From Mobula hypostoma (lineage: Eukaryota), in NCBI RefSeq assembly GCF_963921235.1, contig NC_086108.1:74154001-74218000 (forward strand): DNA of 64,000 nucleotides. The letters are read 5' to 3'. Numbering within the stretch: the stretch's first letter is position 1; every line of letters begins with the position of its first letter. The notes under the pieces were generated by a model, which had not been told where the DNA came from, did no database searches, and was given only the letters and a program-made list of their open reading frames with translations. The position numbers and the translations under genes are program-made. Below are positions 22,573-33,500 of the stretch, piece after piece.

Positions 22573-23669
22573 TTGTATACGGAGGCTGGTGGGGTGGTAG
22601 GTGAGGACAAGGTCCCTGTTGTAGAGGCGGGAGGATGGGGTGAGGGCCGAAGTGCGGGAAATGGAGGAGATGCGGGTGAGGGCATCATTGATGACGGCAG
22701 AAGAGAAACCACAATCCTTAAAGAAAGAGGACATTTGAGATGTCCTGGAACGGAAAGCCTCATCCTGGGAGCAGATGCGGCAGAGACGGTGGAACTGGGA
22801 ATTTTTGCATGTGGCAGGGTGGGAAGAGGTATAGTCGAGGTAGTTATGAGAGTCAGTGGGCTTGTAGAAGATGTCAGTGGACAGTCTGTCTCCAGAGATG
22901 GAGACCGAGAGATCGAGAAATAAAGGACCAGGATCCTATATAGCTGCAACATTACCTCTCGGCTCTTAAACTCGATCCCACGGTTGATGAAGGCCAATGC
23001 ACTGTATGCCTTCTTAACCACACAGTCAATCTGCACAGCAGCTTTGAGTATCCTATGGATTCAGACCCCAAGATCCCTCTGATCCTCCACACTGCCAGCA
23101 GTCTTACCATTAATACTATATTCTGCTATCATATTTGACTACTAAAATGAACCTCCTTATACTTATCTGGGTTAAATTCTATATGCCACTTCTGAGCCCA
23201 GTTTTGCATCCTATCGGTGTCCCGCTGTAACCTTTGACAACCATCCACACTATCCACAACACCCCCAACTTTTGTGTCATCAGCAAATTTACTAACCCAT
23301 CCCTCCACTTCATCATCCAGGTCATTTATAAAAATCACGAAGAGAAGGGGTCCCAGAACAGATCCCTGAGGCACACCACTAGTCACCGACCTCCATGCAG
23401 AACATGACCCATCTACAACCACTCTTTGTCTTCTGTGAACAAGCCGATTCTGGATCTACAAAGCAAGGTCCCCTTGGATCCCATGCCTCCTTACTTTCTC
23501 AATAAGCCTTGCTAGGGGTACCTTATTAAACGCCTTGCTGAAATCCATATACACTACATCCACTGCTCTACTGCAGACAGTTAATTCTCAGAGAGTTAAT
23601 GTCTTGATTTTAAAGTATTTGTTTGCAAATCATACCATGCTTTTGTTCATCTTATCTCCTCATCTAAGT

Positions 23670-25470
23670 TAAATTTCCAGTTCAAATTTATTGTCACTCA
23701 ACTGTACACATGTACACCGCCAAAGAAACAATGTTCCTCTGACCCAAGGAGCTCAGCCCTAGATATAACTTACACACAAGACATAAAGTAATATTACCAC
23801 AAAAAATTAACAAATAGTATGGTGCACTTACGACACAAGTTAAAAACTAAACGGCATGGCTATACTGGCACTTCATACACGATGAAACCTAAGTGGTGGC
23901 AGGGACTTCAGTGATCTCACAGCCTGGGGGAAAAACGTGTTTCCCATCCTAACAGTTGTTCTAACGCTATGGTACCTCCTGTCTGATGGTAGGATGTCAA
24001 ACAGATTGTGAGGCAGTGACGAGTGGGGTACCGCAAGGCTCAGTGCTAGGACCCCAGTTGTTTACAAATATTAATGACTTAGACGAGGGAATTAAATGCA
24101 GCCTCTCCAAATTTGCGGATGACACGAAGCTGGGCGGCAGTGTTAGCTATGAGGAGGATGCTAAGAGGATGCAGGGTGACTTGGATAGGTTGGGTGAGTG
24201 GGCAAATTCATGGCAGATGCAATTTAATGTGGATAAATGTGAGGTTATCTACTTTGGTGGCAAGAACAGGAAAACAGATTATTTTCTGAATGGTGGCCGA
24301 TTAGGAAAAGGGGAGGTGCAACGAGACCTGGGTGTCATTGTACACCAGTCATTGAAAGTGGGCATGCAGGTGCAGCAGGCAGTGAAAAAGGCGAATGGTA
24401 TGCTGGCATTCATAGCAAGAGGATTTGAGTACAGGAGCAGGGAGGTACTACTGCAGTTGTACAAGGCCTTGGTGAGACCACACCTGGAGTATTGTGTGCA
24501 GTTTTGGTCCCCTAATCTGAGGAAAGACATTCTTGCCATAGAGGGAGTACAAAGAAGGTTCACCAGGTTGATTCCTGGGATGGCAGGACTTTCATATGAT
24601 GAAAGACTGGATCGGCTGGGCTTATATTCTCTGGAATTTAGAAGATTGAGGGGGGATCTGATTGAAACGTATAAAATTCTAAAGGGATTGGACAGGCTAG
24701 TTGCAGGAAAATTGTTCCCGATGTTGGGGAAGTCCAGAACGAGGGGTCACAGTTTGAGGATAAAGGGGAAGCCTTTTAGGACCGAGATGAGGAAAAACTT
24801 CTTCACACAGAGAGTGGTGAATCTGTGGAATTCTCTGCCACAGGAAACAGTTGAGGCCAGTTCATTGGCTATATTTAAGAGGGAGTTAGATATGGCCTTT
24901 GTGGCTAAAGGGATCATTGGGTGTGGAGAGAAGACAGGTACAGGGTTTTGAGTTGGATGATCAGCCATGATCATACTGAATGGCGGAGCAGGCTCGAAGG
25001 GCCGAATGGCCTACTCCTGCACCTATTTTCTATGTTTCTATGTGAGGAATCATTAACAATGCTAAGAGGTCTGTGTACACAGCGCTCTTAATAAATTATT
25101 TTGGTAGGGGAAAGAGAGACCCCAGTAATCCTCTCAGAAATCCTATGTAGGGTCTTGCAGTCAGATGCTTTGCAATTCCCATACCAGACGGTGTTGCAGC
25201 TGGTCAGGACACTCTTGATGGTGCTCCTGTAAAAATTGGCTAGAAAAGGGGAGGCAAGGGAGAGGAGTCTCCCTTGCCTCAATCTTCTCAGCACGTGGAG
25301 ACACTGCTGTGGTTTCTTGACTAAAGAGGTGCTGTTGAGGGACAAGGTGAGATCATTCGCTATATGCAGTCCCAGAAACTTGCTGCTTCGAACTCCTAAC
25401 TCTCTCCACGGAGGAGCCATTTATGTATAGTGAGGAGTGGTCAGCCTGCACCTTCCTAAAGTCCATAATC
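23670..25470 (-). mobile_element. Rex1/Babar-like LINE fragment split by a CR1 (pieces about 23670-24013 and 25041-25470)
   Basis: ORF 25088-25420 (KFLGLHI..DL, KKPQQCLH.LRRLR, NFYRSTI.SVLT.C.TVWYG). TGTGAGG is duplicated at 24007-24013 and 25041-25047. Confidence 0.75.
24011..25040 (+). mobile_element. Young 5'-truncated CR1 LINE (open RT C-terminal ORF)
   Basis: ORF 23986-24951 is open through SGVPQGSVLGP, KFADDTK and the C-terminus; (TTCTATGT) tail; same subfamily as 57084-60752. Confidence 0.95.
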
Positions 25471-25479
25471 AGTTTGTGA

Positions 25480-25770
25480 AATATCCGCCACAAGAGGGAC
25501 TTCCTAGTGGCCAAACATTTTAATTCCGATTCCCATTCCTGTTTCGACGTGTCAGTCCATGGCCTCCTCTTGTACCTTCCAGCTGGCCTCCTTCCCCTCC
25601 TCCTTTTTATTCTAGCATCTTCTGCCTTCCTTCTCAGTCCTGAAGAAGGGTCACAACCTGAAATGTCACTGTTTAACCCTTTTCCATTAACGCTGCCTGC
25701 CCTGCTAAGTTCCTCCAGTGTTTAGAGTCTGTTGCTTTCGATTTCCAGCATCTGCAGACTTTCTCGTGTA
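25480..25770 (+). mobile_element. Deleted Penelope 3' fragment with degenerate hammerhead
   Basis: VAKHFNS.SHS..D.SVHGLL remnant followed by CAGTCCTGAAGAAGGGTCACAACCTGAAATGTC (25635-25667). Confidence 0.75.
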
Positions 25771-26032
25771 TTATTATTCCCGTCCGCGATGTGACTCAAG
25801 TTGTTGTGCTCACACCATTCCACCAGCCACTCCCCCTCCTCTATGTATCATTGTTATTGTTGATGAGGCCAGCCACTGCTGTTTCATTGGTGAACCTGAT
25901 GATTCGGTTTGAACTGCGAACTGCGTATAGGTCAGTCAGGCTTCAGCAGCACACAGCTCTGGGGAATGCGCGGTGCTCAGCATGCTGAAGCTAGAGATGC
26001 TTCTGCCAACATGGACTGACAGTGGTCTGTCT

Positions 26033-26590
26033 TTACTTTATCGTCGCCAAACAATTGATACTAGAACGTACAATCATCACAGCGATATTTGATTCTGCGC
26101 TTCCCGCTCCCTGGAGTACAAATCAATAGTAAATATTAAAAATTTAAATTATAAATCATAAATAGAAAATAGAAAAGGGAAAGTAAGGTACTGCAAAAAA
26201 CCAAGAGGCAGGTCCAGATATTTGGAGGGTACGGCCCAGATCCAGGTCAGGATCCATTCGGCAGTCTTATCACAGTTGGAAAGAAGCTGCTCCCAAATCT
26301 GGCTGTATGAGTCTTCAAGCTCCTGAGCCTTCTCCCGGAGGGAAGAGGGACGAAGAGTGTGTTGGCTGGGTGGGTCGTGTCCTTGATTATCCTGGCAGCA
26401 CTGCTCCAACAGCGTGCGGTGTAAAGTGAGTTCAAGGACGGAAGATGGGTTTGTGTGATGGGCTGGGCTGTGTTCACGATCTTCTGCAGCTTCTTCCGGT
26501 CTTGGACAGGACAACTTCCATACCAGGTTGTGATGCACACTAGAAGAATGCTTTCTACAGTGCACCTATAAAAATTAGTGAGGGTTTCTT
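26033..26590 (-). mobile_element. Rex1/Babar-like LINE 3' fragment
   Basis: ORF 26247-26618 (LTNFYRCTVESIL..CITTWYG...HPAN.LF..LPSGRR...RFGSSFFP). Confidence 0.85.
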
Positions 26591-26989
26591 GACTTCTGTC
26601 AAGAAGTCCAAAATCCAATTACAGAGAAAGGAGATGAGACCCAAATGAGGACAGAATTTCTATTTTCCATCCTGATCACTTTCCTTTCTAATTTATCTCC
26701 TCCCATTCCCACAGGCAGTTATCCTTTTTCCAGTCCAGAAAAAGGGTTTTGACCCAAAATGTCACTCTCCATTTGATCTCCCACACTCTTTGCAGATGCT
26801 GCCAGACCCTCCAGCAGTTTGTTTTTGCTCCAGACTCCAACATTTTCAGTCTCTTTTGTCCGTCTTTTCTCTTCACCCTTCAGTTCTGTCTCCTCTTCAC
26901 CCCTTTTGATATCCTTCCTACCCCCAACCCATTTTCCTTCAGATACAGAGCGTACACGTAGTTGAGACACTCCGAACATTTGTTTACTT

Positions 26990-27480
26990 TGTTTGAGTGT
27001 CGTTCGGTTCGGCCAGCCACAGCGCCACCTGCTGCCTTGGAAGGCACGGTACCTCCGGCCATTTGTTCGATTGCTCTTCCTGCCAGGGAGAGTGAGCTGA
27101 TGGTTGGTAGGTAACTGGATTGATCGCTTTTGGTACCAAGAGGAAGGGCTCGGTGCGAGCAGCGGTCGGCCCGAGGGCCCTGCCGGCCAGGTGACAGGAT
27201 CATGGCATCCTGCGCGTACCCGCGGCCGGGGTCGGGATCGAGCCCAGTGTCGGAGCAGGGTCGGTGGGCGAGTGACACACACGCGCGGACCCTGCTGGCC
27301 CAGATGAATCGCTTGAGGGCCCGCGCCGACTTCTGCGACGTGCAGCTGCAGGTTGAGCAGCAGGTCTTCAGCGTCCATAGACTGGTGCTGGCTGCTAGCA
27401 GCCCCTACTTCGCCGTGCTGTTCGCAGGAGGTCTGCAGGAAGCCGGCATGAGCTTAATCCAGATCCACGGCATCGAGGCA
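26990..27480 (+). promoter_or_regulatory. CpG island / probable IPP promoter and first exon
   Basis: Only markedly GC/CpG-rich non-repeat stretch seen in the window. It overlaps the IPP start codon (ggatcATGG) and has a YY1-like GGCCATTT at about 27057. Confidence 0.7.
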
Positions 27481-27517
27481 GAAATCTTCAAGCTGCTGCT
27501 TGACTTTATTTACACTG
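27202..27517 (+). CDS. IPP: IPP coding exon 1 (BTB)
   Basis: ATG GCA TCC...TAC ACT G|gttggt; FCDVQLQV, HRLVLAASSPYF, LLDFIYTG. Confidence 0.95.
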
Positions 27518-30500
27518 GTTGGTACTTGAAGAGATGGTGTTCAGTCGCTTCACAGATGAAAGCTGTTGGCAATGTTCATTGGTTTGGGGAAGGAAAACAG
27601 TAGCGCTGTCAGCATGGGAAAGAGAAGATTCGAGCGCAAATTGTAGGAGAATTTCAAACTTAAAATCCTTCTGTTTAATCAAACTTCTGGTCACATTCTT
27701 TATTTTCATATCTTTGGTTGTTTGGATTAGTAGTCCGTTGCAGGCAGCTGTGTGGTATTAACTCAATAAAGTTACAACACAGGACTCCCTTTAATGTCAA
27801 ACATTGACCAACATGATCAAAATCTGTGTTGCAAAAGGGCAATTATTTGTGGAGTGTACGTTTAAGAGATGTGGATGAATTAGTAAACTAAAGTGTGAGT
27901 GGGTTTCAAGTTTCCCATAATCGTGACCTGTTTATTCTCTAGTCAATGATTTCAGTGCAGTCAACAATAGAAATTAAAATCCGGCATTGGATCCCAACAA
28001 CAGGTCAAGTAGTGATCAAGGGCTGTACTGCCATCATCAGTGTAATGAGTAATAGTATGCACTATTCAAAGGATATTCCTCAACAATGTGCTGGCTTACT
28101 TTGACACGCTTCCCTTTCCGGTCATCTGTATTAACAGGAATAACGACTAGCAGTATCATTAGAGTTATCTCCAAGTTGTCATTCTTATTGGACATATTGA
28201 TCAGCATTCACTTTTAATCTAAATTCCTTCTGGTGATAACATTCTGGGAGCCCACCACCACTTTAGGTCAGATAAGATAGATAGATGGATAGATAACTTA
28301 TTGACCCCAATGGAAATTGCAGTGTCACAGTAGCATTACAAATGCACAGATATACAAATATTAGAAGGGAAATAAGAAAGAATAGAAAATATGTTTACCT
28401 CAAACAGTCTAACAGGAGGGGTCATCAACTTGGCTGTAGGTTGACTCATTATAGAGCCTAATGGCCGAGGGTAAGAATGACCTCATAGAGCACTCTTTGG
28501 AGCAGCACCTTTGCTCAGAAATGATTAAAATCAAATCTTTGATTGTTCCACTGAACTGTTAATTATTATTTTTCACTAATATACCAATAAACATGAGGGA
28601 TATATTAACTGATACACAATGAATTTCAATAAGCGCAGTATATGCTAATGTCTGTCCATTCAATGTCTACAATTAAAACAAAGTGATTTACAGTAGAGCA
28701 ACTGGATTTGCATCCTTCCATTTGGAAGGCCTATCAGAGTGAACCTGGAGTAGAGTCTTCTATTTTGCAAAGAAGAGAAAATCTGCAGATGCTGGAAATC
28801 CAAGCAACATACACAAAATGCTGGAGGAACTCAGCAAGCCAGACAGTATCTATTGAAAAGGGTAAACAATGGACACTTTGGGTGGGTCTCGGCCCAAAAT
28901 ATCAATTTTTTTTTACTTTTTTTTACATTGATGCTGCCTGAGCTGCTGAGTTTCTCCAGCATTTTGTGTGTGTTTGTTCTATGAGTATTGACATCGAAAC
29001 TTTACCCTCACAACAGACTATTGTAAGCTTCAAATACAAGACCTTAATTTGCACTTTCTTTTGTTTACTTTGTCCGCAGGTGTCATCAATGTCAGCATAA
29101 AAAATGTACAAGAATTGATCCTTGCTGCAGATATGTTACAGTTGACTGAGATTGTGAACATGTGTAGTGAATTTTTAAAAGGACAAATTGATCCCTCGAA
29201 CTGTGTTGGAATTTACCAATTTGCTGAGCAAATTGCCTGCCATGACCTTGTGGAATTCAGTGAAAGTTACATTTATGTCCACTTCTTGGAGGTCTGTAAA
29301 ACTGAAGAGTTTATGGGATTAGCAAAAGATCAATTGGTTAAAATTTTAAAAAGTGAAGAACTCCAGATTGAAGATGAATATCAAGTTTTCACAGCTGCAA
29401 TGGAATGGGTTCTCCAGGACATGGTGAAAAGGAAAAAATATGTGATTGAAGTTCTGGATCCTGTTCGATTCCCTTTGCTTTCTTCGCGGAGATTATTCAA
29501 ATATATTGAAGGTATTGTATGAATTTGAGTATTTTGTATTTCCTAGCTGATGTTGCTGATCTTTTCACAATAACATTCAGAAAAGAAACATGATAAATGT
29601 GGAAGTTGTTGTGCACAAATTGTTTGCTGTATTACCCAAAACATAATTAGAGATTATGTCTAATGTGTGGATTCTTCACATTTAAATTTACACAGATTTC
29701 AAAGGAATATATTTTTCTAGAGCTCTTCACACACTGGTGCTTTGGAAAATTATGGTTTGTTGCAGACCACAGAGCTCTTAATCATATGATACGATTATTA
29801 AATAAATAGTTTTCCTATAGAAATAATTATTGTTCACAATCTACATTGCATACTACTTTCCACTTTCATTTTGGATCTTCTTACTGGTATGGTTTCCATT
29901 ACACTGAACTTGCAAATTCCCCACGTGTTGTTAGAATGGGTTGAACTCCAGACCCATGATATTCTCTCATCATTGCTATTGTCAACAATATCACAGGTTG
30001 ACTTCTCTTAACCCTTTGTTGTTAAATTATGCTACTATACCACACCTTGCTGGGAAATTTAAGTTCTTGTGTGAGCTCAAATACCATCTATAAATTTGCT
30101 GATGATATAACCATTGTTGGTAGAACCTCAAATGGAGACAAGAGGGGCTACAGGAGTGAGATATACCAACTAGTGGAGTGATGTCACAGCAACAACCTTG
30201 CATTCAATGTCAGTAAGACGAAAGAGCTGATTGTGGACTTCAGGAAGGGTAAGGCAAAGGAACACATACCAATCATCATAGAGGAATCAGAAGTGGAGAG
30301 TGTGAGCAATTTCAAATTCCTGGGTGTCAGGATCTCTGAGGACCTAACCTGGTCTGGTCCCAGCATATAGATGCAGCTATAAAAAAGGCAAGACAGCAAC
30401 TATACTTCATTAGGAGCTTGAAAAGATTTGGTATGTCAACAAAAACACTCTGAAACTTATATAGGTGTACCGTGGAGAGCTTTCTGACAGGCTGCAACAC

Positions 30501-33500
30501 TGTCTGGTATGGAGGGGTGGGGCTACTGCACAGGACCGAAAGAAGCTGCAGAGGGTTATAAATTTAGTCGGCTCCATCTTGGGTACTAGCCTACAAAATA
30601 CCCAGGACATCTTCAAGGAGTGGTGTCTCAAAAAGGCAGCGTCCATTATTAAGGACGCCCAGCACCCAGGAGCATGCCCTTTTCACATTGTTACCATCAG
30701 GTAGGAGGTACAGAAGCCTGAAGGCACACACTCAGCGATTCAGGAACAGCTTCTTCCCTTCTGCCATCCGATTCTTAAATGGACATTGATCCGAACACTA
30801 CCTCACTTTTTCAATATATATTATTTCTGTTTTTGCACAATTTTTAATTTCTGATACACATACACTGTAATTTATTTAATTATTTATTCTTCTTCTATGT
30901 TTTGTATTACATTAAACTGCTGCTGCTAAGTTAACAAATTTCACGACACATGCCAGTGATAATAAACCTGATTCTGATTCCGAGTTATGACACCTTATCC
31001 TGTTTCTATTTTGTCTTTTAAGTTTTCCCTTCAAGTTATATTCAACAAGGTTCCATCTCATTCTGAGTCTCCCGTTCATTAACATTTCCAAAGGAATATC
31101 ATAAACACAAGAAAGTCTGCAGATGCTGGAAATCCAAAGCAACACACATAAAATGCTGGAAGAACTCAGCAGGTCAGGCAGTATCTATGGAAATGAATAA
31201 ACAGTTGACGTTTTGGGCTGAGACCTTTCTTCAAGCCATAATAGGTCTACGACGGATGCAATCTTACTGGCTCTCCACTCAGCCTTAAATCACCTGTATA
31301 ATAGTAATACCTGTGTCAGCCTTCAACAGAATCATACTTTCAGTTGTAATCAACAAGCTCTATAATCTGAGCCTCTGTACCTCCCTCTGCAACTGGATCC
31401 TTGACTTCCTCACCAGGAGATCAGAGCCTGAGTGGATTGGAAATAACATCTCCTTGCTGCTTGGCATACTGCTCTACTCTGGATACCCAAAAATCTGTGT
31501 GGCTGGGCACAGCTCAAACACCATCTATAAATTTGTGAATGTCACAATATTGTTGGCAGAATTTCAGGTGGTGACAAAAAGGCACAGAGGAGCGAAATAG
31601 ATCAGCTGGTTGAGTGGTGTCGCAACAATAACCTTGCACACGACATCAGTAAATCCAAGGAATTGATTGTGGACTTCAGGAAGGAGAAATTGAGGGAAGA
31701 TACATAAGTCCTCATCAAGGCGTTAGCAGTGGAAAGGGTGAGCAGTTTCAAGTTTCTGGGTGTCAATATCTCTGAAGATTTATCCTGGGCCCAACATACA
31801 AGGAAGACATGACAGTGGTTATATTTAATCAGGAATTTGAGGAGATTTGATATGTCACCAAAGACACTTGCAAATTTCTGCCGATGTACTGTGGAGAATA
31901 TTCTAACTGGTTACATCACAGTCAGATATGGAGGGGCCACTGCATAGGATTGGAAAAAGCTGCAGAAAGTTGTAAACTCATCCAGCTCCATTATGGGCAC
32001 TAGGCTCCCCAGATCGGGGACTCCTTCAAAAGGCGATGCCATTATTAAGGACCTCCCTTGCCCAGGACATGCCCCCTTCTCATTGCTACCATCAAGGCGG
32101 AGGCACAGGAGCTTGATGACACACGCTCAGCGCTTCAGGAAGAGCTTCTTCTTCCCCCACCACCAGGTTCCTGAATGGACAGTGAACCCATAAACACCAC
32201 CTCACTTTTCCCCTTTTTTTTGTACTAATTATTTAATTTAATTAAACTTTTACATACTTATTGTAATTTATAGTTGTTTTATTATTACATATTGCAATGT
32301 ACTGCTCCCGCAAAACAAGAAATTTCACAACATATGCCAGTGATATTAAACCTGATTCTGATTCAGAGGTAATGTTGCAGCTCTATAAAACCCTGGTTAG
32401 ACCACACTTGGAGTATTGTGTTCAGTTCTGGTCACTTCATTAAAGGAAGAATGTGGAAGCTTAAGAGAGAGTGCACCAGCATACTGCCTGGGTTTGAGAG
32501 CATTCCTGATAAGGATAGGTTGAACAAACTAGGGTTTTTCTCTTTGAAGCGGATGAGGGTGAGAGACAAATTGATAGAGGTGTACAAGATGATAAAAGGC
32601 ATGGATTGAGTGGAAAGGCAAAGACTTTTCCCCAGGGCAGAAATAGTTAATACGATGGGGCGTAATTTTAAAATGATTGGAGGAATGTACAGGGGCAATG
32701 TCCGAAGTCAGTTTTTTTTACACAGACTGGTGGCTGTGTGGAAAGTGCTGCCATACATAGAAACATAGAAACATAGAAAATAGGTGCAGGAGTAGGCCAT
32801 TCGGCCCTTCGAGCCTGCACCGCCATTTATTATGATCATGGCTGATCATCCAACTCAGAACCCAGCCTTCCCTCCATACCCCCTGACCCCTGTAGCCACA
32901 AGGGCCATATCTAACTTCCTTTTAAACATAGCTAATGAACTGGCCTCAACAGTTTGCTGTGGCAGAGAATTCCACAGATTCACCACTCTCTGTGTGAAGA
33001 AGTTTTTCCTAACCTCGGTCCTAAAAGGCTTCCCCTCTATCCTCAAACTGGTGGTAAAGGCTGATACATTAAGGAAATCTTTATACAGGCACATGGATGA
33101 CGAACAAAAATTGAGGGTGAAGTGGGAGAATAGAATTAGATTGACCTTAAGAGCAGGTTAAAGGTTGGCACAATATTGTGGGTCATAGGGCCTGTACTGT
33201 GCCGTAATGTTCTATGTTCTATGAGTTTTTCAGACAGATCGTGTTGCGCTAAGATAGATCTTAATTCAATCATAAAGTCCACTGCCATGCAAGATCCGAC
33301 TTATTTGACTTTGAGCTACTTCAGATAACTATCATTTAGTCCCAACAATTGACCCAGCATTCGGACCTTGTGGTAATGAAGTAAGATGGTGCATTTCTGT
33401 GTTAAAAACAGAAATGCCGGTCAAGTAATATCTGTGGAAAACTTTTTTTTGCCTGTTAAGCTGCTGCTGTTTAGAGCAGCAATGGAAGTCCACAACTCTG

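Larger units (their letters stand above)
18067..22925 (-). mobile_element. Penelope-like element (Neptune-type), 5'-truncated, interrupted by Gypsy (pieces 18067-18991 and 22573-22925)
   Basis: GIY-YIG ORF 18427-18711 (SRCGLLYICETRRRLGDRFVEH...VATHFN...EEQHLIYRLGSLQPLGMN), Cys-rich linker CKRKCYTC and LVLTYHP motif. 13-bp TSD (1 mismatch) at 18054-18066 and 22926-22938. Confidence 0.88.
17490..23572 (-). mobile_element. CR1 LINE split by a Penelope+Gypsy insertion (pieces 17490-18066 and 22926-23572)
   Basis: RT ORF 23129-23422 (SGVPQGSVLGP, KFADDTK) and C-terminal ORFs 17723-17932 and 17641-17832. The host sequence is continuous across the duplicated GACCAGG(G/A)TCCTA. Confidence 0.9.

Noticed and set aside
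26719..27378. 219-aa minus-strand ORF and other ORFs over the CpG island
   Set aside because: Shadow frames of the GC-rich IPP exon running into repeat sequence; no recognisable domain.
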